The translations under genes and the position numbers were made by a program. This document shows positions 1 through 12,302 of a stretch of 64,000 bases of DNA, one piece after another. Numbering within the stretch: position 1 is the first letter of the stretch; every line of letters starts with the position of its first letter. Below the pieces are notes generated by a model. The model did not search any database, was not told the origin of the DNA, and was given only the letters and a program-made list of their open reading frames with translations. The DNA lies in NCBI GenBank assembly GCA_002633005.1, contig NMRA01000997.1, forward strand, positions 1-64,000. Reading direction: 5' to 3'. The DNA is from Phoronis australis. Taxonomy: Eukaryota > Animalia > Phoronida.

Positions 1-1467
1 TGATGTTTTTTGTCCTGTAAATGTTGACAGGCGAGTATTTTCAGCCGAACATAAAGCCTTAATACCCTCTCAAAAGAAATCAAAACTCACCAAAAATTCA
101 CTTGGAAGAAACCCAAAAATATCCAAAAACAACCAAACAATCCCATGATGGTAGTGTACAGAGTTCAATATGTACACTAGCTGTTGCTCAAGTCATGAAA
201 AAGAGGTATATGGCAAGAGCGTGCTGGCACCAGTCAATTTTCGAACTGATTCAACTACTGTGGCACCCCCTGTTAGTTTTCAATAGCTCAAGTCATTGCT
301 TGTCTGTGAATTATCTTGAAACCGCATAACGTAGAGATAGACGGCTGGTATGCACCTGCAGCAATCAATTTTCAGACCCATTTGAATACCATGGCACCCC
401 CTGTTGGGCATTTTTGTTTTTGACAAGACGGGTTGATTATCTCAAAAACCCCATATTTCATATTTCAGCCTATTTAAAAATCATGGGTCAATGTTCGGAG
501 AACTAAAAGGAAAAATATGGGCGATGGGTAAGAAATGAAAGTGACTTCTCCCCCTCCCATACATTTTTTACTGGAATGGCCCTAAGCTATTGTTACACAC
601 TTTTGACACAGTCTTCTTTTAAGCCAACACTTTTTACCTAATCTGCTACTTATCCGATTTTGGACTATCATGACAATGTTTTATTCACTCAGTATCTCCA
701 TCATGTTTATGAAATTTCGCATTTGATTGCAGATGACCATGCATATTTTGCTGAGCCTCCTGAGGTAATTTACATAGTGGTGTGCACACATTTATACTTT
801 GTTGTTATCGAATGACCACATGTTAGGAATATGGATAGATAGTCGAAGTGTAGAACTTACATAATTATGATAATTTTTTGAGATGTGAATTAGTTTGTAT
901 ATTTTTATAGTTTTTAAATGGACCTGTTTTTGATGTAATTGTTTAGTATTGCCTGTTACGCAATTTATACAAGTTTTATATGATGTCTTGAATGCACTCT
1001 GTTACAGCTCTGTGCCATGCTATTAGTCGCTAATCCCTAGTGTCTTTCCCTCTGACTGTTAATTTTTGTGTTGATTGTTGTGGTGGTCATTTGGAATACT
1101 TAAATTTCATCTTGGATCAAAGTTAAATTGCAAGTTTACTTTACTCTAGTGAAGCTTCGCACGTGACAACGGGNTTGTGTGAAGAAGTTGTATATATTTG
1201 GATTAATACGTGCTTGATTTGTCATATTTAACTATTTTAACTATCATTACCAAATTTTGACGATTCCTTATGAGTTTTAACAACTGGTTTCTTTTCGAAA
1301 CCATAAATTAAGGGGTATTTGAATTGTACCTCACATCAAAAGAATAACCAAGTACTCTAAAGTCGTTTTGTTCACATTACTTGGTGAAAGAAGTAGTTGT
1401 GTTTCAAGTACGTAGGGTCCATCTTTGGTTAAGATTCATTGGATTTGTTCTTTGTGTATGCTTTCAG

Positions 1468-2435
1468 ATGTCCATCATTCCGTTAGACTGGTTGATAACG
1501 GACTCATTTGCAGTTGTATCTGGGGACAAATACTCTGTGATCAGAATGCAAGGAAATCGTGTCACGTGTCTCACGTGTGATGGTCATTGCTTTTGTTCAA
1601 AGGCAGTGAAACCTGAAGTTGTACAAAGTAACACGAACACGTATAATGTCCAGGCATTTTTATTGAAAAAAATTCCCTTCAAAGAACTTCAAAATTCCGA
1701 GTTCAGCATTCATCCTGGAACTTTATTTACAAAAACAATTAGAGGCGTACTTCAGGTCAAGCCACTTTTGTGTAAAAAGTGCGAGTCTATGTTACATGAG
1801 TACCAGGCCATGGCTAACGAATCTGTGCTTCTTACGCAGTATTCCCAATTTCAAGATCAGTGTAAGTGCTCCTCAAGAATTCTATATCTTGCAAAGTTCT
1901 TTTCATGGGATTTTTTTTTCTCTTCAGTTGTCTGCAATATTGATTTATGAAATGGACTTAATAGTTGACCAACCATGAAAGTCCCGGATTTAATTAGAAA
2001 ATTATCTTATGATGAATTTGAATACTCTTGATCAGACAATAGTTTCCTGATGAAGCGTGACATTAAGTTTGTTGTGGCCTACTTATCTTTTTAATACTTA
2101 CTGGCATGTCCTGTCATTGAAACCCTGATAAATGCATAGTGGAAGTTTTATACTGTCCTGTAGAAGTTACAAATAACATGTGTGATAACCTAGCACTTTG
2201 TGTCGTTGGTTGTTACAATTTTGAAGTAAATTTTGCAGGTTGATCATTACCATCAGGTCATTTTAATAATTATTTGTGATTTATTATTTCATACTTCAGG
2301 CTTTGACGGAAAATGCCATAACTGCGACCACATCAGTCATTATGATGGTTGTGAAGGTTCCATCCTACACGTGGGCAAGTTCCTGATTCATTATGAGGAA
2401 ATGAGAGACTACTTGTATCAGTTTCTCTACAACAG
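1468..2435 (+). pseudogene. Spliced relic of a Cys-cluster (CxC/KDZ, HMGXB3-like) transposase gene; exons 1468-1861 and 2300-2435
   Basis: Acceptor tttcag|ATG at 1467/1468, donor gtaag at 1862 (phase 1), acceptor cttcag at 2299. The splice joins T+GC into Cys and gives ...QFQDQ-C-FDGKCHNCDHISHYDGCEGSILHVGKFLIHYEEMRDYLYQFL. Cys clusters CLTCDGHCFC and CKKC and the YDG...FL.H.E..RDY motif recall KDZ-associated CxC domains. The next donor reads ctaag and runs into TAA. Confidence 0.55.
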
Positions 2436-4059
2436 CTAAGTAATTCGAATTAAATTTTTGTGTTGTAATAGTTTTGCCATTCTTGAACATTAAACTAAAA
2501 ATGTTCATTAGATTTAGGAGTCGGAGAAAGGTTTTTTGAATTTCTCCTTCCTTGTGAAATGTTTAAAATTTCAATTTTCAGCTGGCTAGAGTATGGTGAT
2601 TTTCTTATGTCCTTGTTTACTATGGTGCTCCCTAGTAGCAGATATGTTTTTTTGTCTGTGGTTGTTTCTCTTTAGATTTTATGGCCTGTTATGCCTCACA
2701 AGTATGACATAGGTGGGATAAAAACTGTTTTAGTTCAATCCTTCTTTAAGACGACCATTGAACAATAAGTTCTGCCATCAGTTCATTAATCCCAAAATGT
2801 AATATTTTGTTTAAAAGTAGAGGAAACCAAGCTAAGCACAAAGTCGATCTTTAGCCGAAAATACCTGGAAAGATCTCTGTTGAAGTTCACAATTTTATTT
2901 TTGTGAACATTAAAGCCAAAGCTCATTCCTGCAACATTCAACTGAATCCCAATACTTCTAAGCTCCCTAGTGTCCAATTTAAGAGTGACTCCATATAAAA
3001 ACCAACAGGTAGAGTCTATACCCAAAATCACCGAAGCCACTTTCGGCCAAATTTGGAACTCTGTAGCAGCCATAATGCACCTTTCCTGAAATTGACTTCA
3101 TAATAATTTGTTCAGTCATTCCTAACCTGTTCATAATCTAAAATAAAAAATCTTTGCCTCTAATGTAGTTTTTGCGTACGAAACATTACACGAACTGCAC
3201 TTCGTCCTTTTGCATGTTCTCAGTTGCCTCTGCTGCCAATAGGGGGCTCTTGGAACATATAATTAGCTTGCGAAACACGACATAAAAACTTTCTATTTTG
3301 GAGAAAAGGCAGACAGCATTATTAATTGCCATTCTCTGAAAACGGCATTGATGGTTATTGCTTATTACAAAAAATATGTAACGTGAATCAACTGGCATGT
3401 GTGGTTCTAAATGACAGATGGTGCTGCATTTGTTTATGTGGAGACTGAAGATGCATCTAGAATTAAAGCAGTAACACGAGGACCTTGCTATAATTCAAGA
3501 CTTCGCGAGACATTGCCCTGCATTTTAAATGAGAACACGTGGTTTTGGATAAATTTTAGAGAGGTTCTAGTGTTACTGAACTCACCCCTGAATTGTTTTC
3601 TGTCTGCCTTGTTCGTGCCACAGGCAAAGGAAGGCACCCAAGGTGAATATAGCCCCCTAGTGTTCAGTGCAAAAAATCCTTCAACTTGTCAATAGTCATT
3701 GTAACTTTGGGTTCATATTGTAATGTCCCTGCTTGTTGCTACAAATTTTAGTCGCCACCAGTCGCCAGAAATCTGGTGTTCCCCCCAAACACCGGGCACC
3801 CTAACGCTGAATATTTCTGCCAGTGTGATCATCAATGGTATAAAAAGGTACACATCCACAGTCTATAGAAAATAATTCACGAGAGACTCATTCATGACAG
3901 ACATGAAGTAAACAGAAGTAACGGTCTCGACTTCATATATCACACATCTTTGACTGGTATGCTACAAAACTAGGTTAAACGTTGAGCTCATTTACCACTT
4001 CATTCAGTAAATCTGACGACATAACAGCATCTTCAGCAGAAATAGCATCGTCATAAACA

Positions 4060-6193
4060 TTGCTGCAGACAACCTCGAAAAAATCCACCAATCCGCGATT
4101 CACTTAATATCACAGATAAACACTTTCCCAGTGGGTTCTCGTAATGTTTTCCTGATTTTGGCACTTCCGAGGGTGAACGTTTTTACCTGACTTATCTCCT
4201 TCATCGAATATGTTCGCCAGAAAGTTCTTAACCTTTGCTGAAAATCTTGTTGACCTTTTACCTTTTTTCAATGCCTAACCTATTGCTTCAGCATTCGTCT
4301 CATCCAAATAGAACTCTGAGGCTGCCTCAAATGACGCTCCGGTTCTTGCATCTGAAAGTATTTATGACCACTGTCGTGCGATGTGGTCACACGTGGTTTC
4401 CCTCAGTAAATGTTCAGTGTGGTTACCCACATCCAAATGCTGACCTAGTTCTGCGTCTGTAACAAAAAATTTCCAGTAACCTTCCTGGGTACAAGGGAGC
4501 TTTTGTTGAGGCTCTTCACTAGATACAATGCCAACCTTAACTCTTGGTGTTGAAAATCCGCCATGTCTAGAGATGTTAGTGTATTTTAGAGAAATAGATT
4601 TCCCATTTTTTCAGTTTTTGTAAGAACTTACCGTCACCTACATGGAATGATTTCCACACGCGAATTCCTTGGGTGGAATATTGGGAATTTGGGAATGTGC
4701 TTATACCAGGAACTGAGTATTTTGGAAAAGTCTTTGTTGCGTTGACTGAACATGCATACACATAGCATCCCTTCACACGGCCACTGGAAAGTAATGCTTC
4801 TTTCAAATCCAGAAAGTTTATGATATTGTTGCCTTCGGCTACAAAGTAGGCATGTTGTTTGACTGGAACGATCTTGCGATCACAGAGATCCTTTCCATTC
4901 TGACTTTCACTAAAGTCATATCTCGAAACAGAAATGCCGGTAGAATTTGACAAGGCCGCTACGTTCAGGAGGAGAGGAGCAGAGTGGTACTTGACTCGTC
5001 CATGACTGGTCCTGTTCAGTCAGAAATTCACCGACTCTGGGTAGTACGAGTCCGTACTCTGGCACAGGCCTGCTTTGTGAGGTAGTTCCCTGTATCTCAA
5101 ATGTTCAGTGGTGTCTTTGACATTACTCACTAAAGCACAAAGCTTTTGTGATCGGATTTTTTGCAGAATAAACNGGTGTCTTTGACATAACTCACTAAAG
5201 CACAAAGCTTTTGTGATTTTTTGCAGAATATACTCTAAAGGAACATGAAGGCCCATCGACACCGTCCGCCATTTTGTGTTTTTAAAATGCACTTGCTTCT
5301 CTCAAAACCAGTCATTACAAATATCAATTCTTACTCGTTTAATCTTAAAGGCATTTATTTCCATTCAAAAGTTCTACAGAGTGTTTAAATTAACCTGATT
5401 ATGTAAAAGAAATGAAATAATACAAGAGAGTTAGACGTACATTGTATATAAATCCTCAAGATTTTCAACTGACTCTCTCAATGGGCAAAGGTCATCGGGT
5501 TCAGTTTTGATACTAGCCGCGTAATAAACCCTGAAAACAATTTGTTTTCATTTGAAAGAGCCTAGACTTGGTTTCTATAACTATTTAAAGCAGACTTCTT
5601 GCCTAAAAGTTTGTTCAAATGGTCTACAAACTCTGCTCGTCATTTTCAAACTATGAAAATAGACAGTTTTGCACGACAATTTTCACTAAAGTGCAAAGTT
5701 GAGGCAAGATTTTTTATTGCTCAGTCATCAAGACTAGCTCTTTAACTGTATGTTCAAAACGTCACATAAGGCTACAAGGTGTTTTATGGCAGTAAGAAGG
5801 TCACAAAAATGGCCACTAAAATTAGCCCCAAAAAGTGGTATGTGGATTATCTCCCCTGACTAGCACAAAACTGTTAGATTTTAATAAATGGCACAGAATA
5901 ATGCACAGTATACATTGGTTATTTCAGCCACCAAAATATAGCTTTTGATCTTTTTTGTATGTTACTCATTTTTGTTGTTGAAAACATGCGATTTTTGAAA
6001 CGGCTAATATGCCCAATTTTGCCAATTTGTGTTATCATGTTCCAGCAGCGAAATTAGGGGTCATTGCGTGCACAAAATTTGGCATTTGGGCTTTTGTTAG
6101 GATACCTACCCATGTACAAAAAATGAAGTTGTTTTAAATTTTGACGTATAGACTGATTTTTAAAAATCTACTGGTTTTTATATGGACTGCCTC
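4060..6193 (-). mobile_element. Internally deleted Sola3-like DNA transposon with broken transposase (4060-4990)
   Basis: Minus strand reads YHSAPLLL...RYDFSESQNGKDLCDRKI...GIRVWKSFHVGDGK, then CTQEG..F.....LGQHLDVGNH and G*ALKKGKRSTRFSAKVKNFL, with stops and frameshifts. The terminus reads TTAA|GAGGCAGTCC on the minus strand (CTC 6191-6193, TTAA 6194-6197), matching Sola3 GAG termini and TTAA target. Confidence 0.6.
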
Positions 6194-6261
6194 TTAACAC
6201 TTTTGTCGCTAAGGACCGGTCATTTACATGTTTGACAACTTCTTAGGTATCTAAAATTCTC

Positions 6262-6455
6262 TTGTGGTTTAATAGTAACTTGGGGATCGGAGGCAGAAGT
6301 GATTTTTATAAGTCTTGGTTTGTAAAAGGCTTAAGATTTATCAGTGATACATATATCTCTGATGGCTTTTTAGTTAGTTTAGACCATACGATAAAAGGGT
6401 TCGATGTAAAAACCAACTTCGTAGAATATAATGGTGTTGTTTCTGTCCTGGAAAT
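6262..6455 (+). mobile_element. L1/Tx1-type LINE ORF2 fragment (post-RT region)
   Basis: LWFNSNLGIGGRSDFYKSWFVKGLRFISD...KTNFVEYNGVVS matches the typical LWxNxxIxIxxKxxFYKxWxxKGIxxIxD...NFLxYxGxxS segment of invertebrate L1/Tx1 ORF2. Confidence 0.7.
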
Positions 6456-6459
6456 GTTN

Positions 6460-6533
6460 TACTTTTGAAATCACGTTTGAAATCACGTTAAACTGCGCTA
6501 AAACAGTTGTCCCTTCCTGGTTATCTCTTCCTG
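6460..6533. mobile_element. Right end of a CAGG-terminated TIR DNA transposon (P/hAT-like), partner of 61654-61865
   Basis: 6505-6533 is the exact 29-bp reverse complement of 61654-61682 and is followed by ataatat (6534-6540), the same 7-mer that precedes the other end. Confidence 0.75.
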
Positions 6534-6540
6534 ATAATAT

Positions 6541-8884
6541 GGAAGACATTAAATCAGGGTTTGAACTCACATATCACGTGATTATAAAAATGGCAAAGTA
6601 CGTATGCGTAGATTCCAGAAACTCTGATTGAGATAATTAATCTCGTGAAACAAAGCTTTTAAAATAATCGTATGCGCCAACCATAAAACCACCCGTAAAA
6701 TAGCTTGCAAAAAAGCCTCTGAGACACGCCTTTTGAAATCGACTAAACTTTTGACTCTGTTCAACCAAAGAAAATGAGTTTGGAATTTCCGGGATCGTGG
6801 ATTAGCGCATTAAACGAGTAATGTAACGCAAACTCAACTCTACTCGTTTTAATCTAAGCTGATGCTGTACCAGCAAAAATGTGACTTTTGCATTGTATAT
6901 GTTAGAACAGTGTTGCACCCTATCAAGAGCTGTGAAATAGTATTGCAATGATCGACCGGACACGCCTATTTTGCAGTAAAGTTCTGCAACCATTTTGAAT
7001 TTATACACAATACGATCTTGAAAAAGACGCTTAGCAAAAGCACGTGGCTTAAACAGTGAGAACTCTTACTCTGTCGAGTCTGGTTGACAATCCTTTTCAG
7101 CACAAAAAATGTTGGAAGTATAATGGAACAAGCTATTGTATTCGTGCGTTATGACTTCGGAGCGGGTGTCGCAGTATTTATATGATTTAGTGAATTTACT
7201 GCCAAATTCAGTGACTCCAGTTGACATTTTAAGAACAATCGAGCTTGTGTTCCAAATTTAAAAAGAATGCGATTTTCTCTGCTGTTTCCTCAATGAGAAA
7301 GTAGCTTGTCTTATTATGCAGAAGGCAGGGGTATAAGTTATCAAGTGACCAATGAAGATATCGCAACAAAACATTGTTTCTTCTTTTTCCGTCGGACAAA
7401 CTTGTTAAGAGCATTTTCCAACGATAGCATTACAATTTCTATTATACCTTCTACCTATTGATTGCAGGTATAGAAACTCTTTGCAGTAAAAATGGGATTA
7501 CCAATTTGAAATTTGTGCAGAATGTAGTTGACGAAAGGGACTACCGTACAGAAATATCTAGAGCACCAATTTGCTATCTTGAACGAAAAATACATTTTCA
7601 GGTCGAGCCCAGACGCCCTGTGGTTGCACGCTCATGAATTCATTTTGCCGCGACTTGTTGGTGTACATCATAAGTGTGTTACTATGGATATTGCAACGTC
7701 TAGCTTGTGTCCTGATTGCTCTGCAATAATTCCCTCTTTGACCATTTCATCCAAAATGTCCCACGGAGTACTGCTCTTTAGAGAATAAACAGTTTAAACA
7801 AACTGATTACGAGGCTGGGTAACCTGAACATCCCTTCTTTAATGTCGAAGACATCCACATCACGAACAAAACTCAGGTGTGGTAAGTATCTTCTCACCAT
7901 GTCCGTCATGTCATTGTGCTCCTGCAGGTCTCGTCAAATTCCGTCAAATTTCGTCTGCAGGAGTAAAACCCTTCAATCAGTCTATCCGCCTCTTTGCTTT
8001 CGCCAATTTTGACTACATATGCTAATGTGCGATCACTATCATAACCTTCCTTCGGAACTGTATCGTATTCACAAAGCTGCGCTATACGTTGAGGTGTTCT
8101 GATTAACTCTATTACTTTCCTCGTTGGTCTATCAGGACGACCAAGCGGTGTCTGGCAGGCATATGTCGCTGCGCTGACGAACTGGAAACCGCGGGGAGTC
8201 ACTATGTGTTCGAACCAGTTTCCTCTAGGTTTGTCGTTGTCGTTCAGTAATTTAATTTGTATCGGTTTCAAAACAGTTTCTAATATATTCAAAACAAAAT
8301 TCCTAAAATATTCAATGTTGCTTTCATCTTCAACCAGAATGCACCACTCAATGTCGGAATACGTTGTCGTTTCACTTCTAGTCACAGAACCTAACCCTAA
8401 AATTGGAAACTGCTGAGGAGGTGGTCCCACTATCCGTATTGATGTAGAAATCAGACACCAGAAAAGTTTCTCGCTTGGTGACTAACGTCTTCGAACTGTT
8501 GTCTTGTCTCACGAACTTATTCTTTTTAAATGTCTATTCGCTCGTTGTCTGACAATTTGCACTAGATTTAGCCTGCAAGATGTCGTCTCTCTGATATTAG
8601 TTAGATAAAATTGAACTTTAAAAATATAATTAAAAGGTTTTTTCGCATTTAATTAACAACATCTCACAAAAGGCAACTTCATTTCTTTTCGTGGCCACTT
8701 CAACTTTATCAGTGTTCTTTGATCGCTTGGTTCGCAAAATAGCGGCATTGTAGAGCGCATATGCTTCAATGAAATCGCCACGGAACTTTGCCATCGTAGC
8801 CCTCTCTGCACAAATGTCGCCCATTCTTTCTAAATCATCTCTCGATCCATTTAAAAGAGTCTCAGCAAGGAGTTCTTCTTCCAT
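6541..8884 (-). pseudogene. Intronless DUF294-like nucleotidyltransferase / TPR-like protein pseudogene, copy 1
   Basis: N-terminal helix LERMGDICAERA..DFIEAYALYNAA; NTase signature GPPP..F.ILGLGSVTRSETTTYSDIEWCILV (GS..DxE); then NWFEHIVTPRGF, ACQTPLGR, ELIRTP, FDIKEGMFRLPS, STPWDILDEMVKEGII..GHKLDVAISI; TPR-like AELYCKIGVSGRSLQYYFTAL. Several frameshifts and stops; no introns evident. Confidence 0.8.
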
Positions 8885-9639
8885 CGCCAGGTCTGTCAGC
8901 CGCTTCTCTACAAAACGTTGTCAGTCCATTAATAGATAACTTGCACAAAAGTTTGTTTTAAATCGAATTATACATTCTTAAGAAATTAATTTCATGCATA
9001 ATAATGTTTAAGTCGACGCAATGATTTCTCCAGTCCAATGAGTCTTAATCCATGTTGTGCACCAACACAACATACGTTTCAAATCTTTTCATTATGATGA
9101 CAGGAAATGATATCTCTGAGCAGATCATTATGATGACCATTATTGCGGTAAACCAACACTGTAATTTTAAATTTTCAACATTTGTTTACAAAGCATCGTT
9201 CCCGTATGTTTCAAAATTCTGTAAACGCGACGTCGTTCTCAATCATATACAATTTTTAGCTTTGATTTATCATCACAGTAGCATCCCGGCTCCGTTCGAC
9301 AACATTTTCCAATTTGGGTGTGATGGTCGCTTGGGTAATATCTTCGTGTTGTTATGCATGTCGCATATATGCGAGATATGAAACATCCATGAGGGCAACC
9401 GGAACGCCTGAGGTAACTTCGTGGTATCATCCCGCAGGCCCGTAGCCAGGAGGCTTCGGGGGGGGGGGGGTTCAATCGAACCCCTACGCGGAAAACGTCC
9501 ATCTCCAGCCTACCCCATGGGGGCGCATTATGGCTGGCTGGTCCTCTTAATTCAATGGTGCACACTTCATGATCCATTAAAGATAGGATACAGATGGACA
9601 GCAAAAACTACGTTTGTTGCAACTACAGGTACTACTAGC

Positions 9640-9867
9640 CAGTGGCAGATTTAGGGGGGACAAGGGGGCCATGGTCCCCCTAAAATGCAAAATGCATAGC
9701 TTTGAACAAACCCCGTTTCCCGTTTTTTGTTAGTAATAACGTCCACAAACCCAAAAGTTCAAGACCCCCTACATCCGTAAATTTTAGGCTGGGTGCGTGC
9801 GTGTGGCTAAATTCTGGTCATTCCTGTGTCCTGGCACCCCTAACTCAAAATCCTGGATCCGCCCCTG
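9640..9867. mobile_element. MITE with CAG(T/G)GGC(A/G)GAT termini
   Basis: Left cagtggcagattt, right ggatccgcccctg (imperfect TIR); ctagc on both flanks (9635-9639, 9868-9872). Confidence 0.6.
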
Positions 9868-10273
9868 CTAGCTACGATGAGAACTAAGTCAGTAACAAAT
9901 TAAAATTTGCTTCCGATTCAAAGCGCTTCACGTAATCAGAGTGCCGTTCCCCGACAACTTCGCCCGAGTGGTCGAATGGTGACACGATCTTGCGGACGAG
10001 TAGAGGAGGCTTTGTATTATTTATTGGCATGGAACGCTGTAGTGTTTTCACCGTAGGCTAGTAAGGGAGTCTAAAATTGAATGTCTATACCTAGCTAAGC
10101 TATATAGCAGCGAGAGCTCCCAAAATGCAATGCGTTGTGAATGTCTTAAAATCGACCGAGAAACAGACGCAAATAGCTAATAGCAACTCAGTGCATTTGA
10201 TAACTGACCAATCGTTTATTTTTGCATTTAAAAGTATAACAATTACACCTGATTCCGAAATTTTATATATTTT

Positions 10274-10366
10274 CGAAGTAGCGAACCTTCGAAGTAGTGA
10301 ATCTTTGAAGTTGTGAACCTTCGCAATAGTGAACCATAGGAATATTGAACCTTCGGAATAGTTGAC
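10274..10366. repeat. 16-bp minisatellite, about 5.8 units of cgaagtagtgaacctt
   Basis: Units start at 10274, 10290, 10306, 10322, 10338 and 10354. Confidence 0.85.
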
Positions 10367-11339
10367 TGTTCCCATTTCCAGCGATGTAAGCAACTCAAGC
10401 AACACGCAAAACTACAACGAGATGAAAAATTTCGTCCAGTCACTCTGCAACTAAATATTTCCGTCCGAGAATGTAATGAGGCGTATCCACTCATTTAAGC
10501 ACGCCTGATTTGAAAATTTTTCAGGAGGTAACGTGAGAACGTTTTCTTCCTGGACCATTTTATCCGAATTTGTGTCCCGTTCTTTGGGAGCAACCGTCAC
10601 GGCATCTTTATTTCTGGTATTACGAATTCCATCTCATCTCAGGAACATAGAGGTGAGACATTTTGTTGTGTATACAGATTTCCTTTCACCCTATTTTTCT
10701 TACGATGTTTTCATACATTTCCTTCTCCACTCATACAATTCATTTTCTTATCTTCTTGGAAATTATCAACAACTCATTACCTGTAGCCTCTCCTTGACAG
10801 CGACATAACAACAAGCCAGGGAGAGGTACATACAGCAGCGAGTGCTCCTTTGCCAAATTTTCAGCGAAAATATTTAAAGTTCGTTTAGATGTGTGGTCTG
10901 TTCGTAAAATCCACTAGTAGCAGCCCTGACTCTTCAATGGTGAGTTAAATTCCATAACAAATCGTATTGATGTTCAACTATAAAATCGATGCGAGCAGTA
11001 ATTAGATCTGCACAGACAAAGTGAAACAATAAACGTGTCCAAAAACTATCACCCTGAAACAAAATTAGCGTTTTGGAGAACGCTACGCGAGTCTCAGGCC
11101 GGAGACATGGGCAAAACCGCTTGGAAATTTCGTCAAAATCCTGTAGGATTTATTTTATCACATGAACCCTTTTTAATTTTTATTTGACAAGACATCGCAA
11201 ACAATTATTTTCGTAAGGTTCCCAATCTTTCTTCTTTGCTTCAGTTTAAGATGAAGACGATTCTTTTGTCTAAAATTGTTCCTAAAGTTAAGTTGCAACA
11301 AAGCTGTTTTTCCAAAATCCTAATTCTGCCGGCGTTCGC

Positions 11340-12000
11340 TGGATATCATCGAAATAAAATGGATTTTTAACAGATACGATTTTGTTTTAAATTTTTTACA
11401 TGCTTAAATTACAGGCATCTATTTACTTCAAACTCTAAATAAACTTCGCATTCTAAGAGATGGCCAGTTTTTGCAGGAGTTCGCACAAAATACATGTTCA
11501 CAATCAATATAATTAAAACGCTGCCTTTTTGAAATATCAAAGCAAAAATCGACTGTCAATAAAAGTATAAAATGTCTGAAGCTATTAGTCGAGACAAATC
11601 TATTCAAGTCATTCTGGTGGAAATGTCGTTTTTTGAAATGTACGTTGATAGGCATTTCAAAAGCATTTATCAAACTTCCTGTATTAAACTTTTGATAAAA
11701 TTGCTTGAAACTGGCCTGGGATTTTCCATAACGTTCATCGTGAAGTTACGTTCAGTGTTGATGAACACTTCTTACAAGTTCAACTAGACGTACGAGTCAA
11801 GTTACTAAATTATCGAAAGCAGAGTTCTACTAACAAAGAGCCTGGAAATGGAAGCTCATGGGTTTCTCAGCAAATAAGATTTTAAAATCAAGATAAAATA
11901 CAGCATTAGTAGAAATTTCCTCGGTCATAAAACGGACATTTTTTGTATCTTCTCTGTAGTATATGCTCCATTAGCCCAAACATTCGAAGCTGTGGCAATA
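11340..12000 (-). pseudogene. Possible highly decayed third DUF294-like paralog
   Basis: One stop-interrupted frame gives, in the expected order, YLDFKIL, AFDNLVT, VELVRS, NTGSLINAF and FVSTNSFRHFILLLTV; NPFYFDD follows in another frame. These parallel family motifs YLHLKVI, FYDSVTP, ELIRTP, GKLFDVK and IISxxxxHxL. Similarity is weak. Confidence 0.4.
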
Positions 12001-12011
12001 TCCGGACTTAG

Positions 12012-12302
12012 TAGGGACCTTTGGCAATTACAATTACCCTTTAGCTACGACGGCCCCTTCCTAGGTCACCACTAGTCTGAGGCGTCCCAGCAGCAAGAAA
12101 ACCGTGTCTCAATTGTCATTGCGCCTCATTGTCACTATCCAACGACTTCCGTTTGCGACATCCGTTGTGACGACGAGACGAGGCTCCTGTTTCGTGCGAG
12201 GCCCTACTAAGCTGCAGTATTTTACACTAATGGATGGCCCATCATCCGGGCACCACAAATTTTAAATAGCCTCTAGCTGTATGAACGAGATGAAGGTCCC
12301 TA
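12012..12302. mobile_element. Short MITE with tagggacctt / aaggtcccta termini
   Basis: 10-bp perfect inverted repeat at 12012-12021 and 12293-12302; a second degenerate end (aggccctactaa) near 12200. Confidence 0.4.

Noticed and set aside
2786-3695. Several 70-95 aa ORFs
   Set aside because: No recognisable motifs or splice support.
7528-7788. Conserved + strand ORF repeated at 63246-63506
   Set aside because: Antisense shadow of the duplicated NTase pseudogene.
6541-8884. Bacterial contamination as the source of the NTase gene
   Set aside because: It is pseudogenised, duplicated, interrupted by a TIR transposon and contiguous with animal repeats.
10274-10366. Regular repeats resembling a CRISPR array
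   Set aside because: Contiguous 16-bp units without spacers, no cas genes, eukaryotic context.
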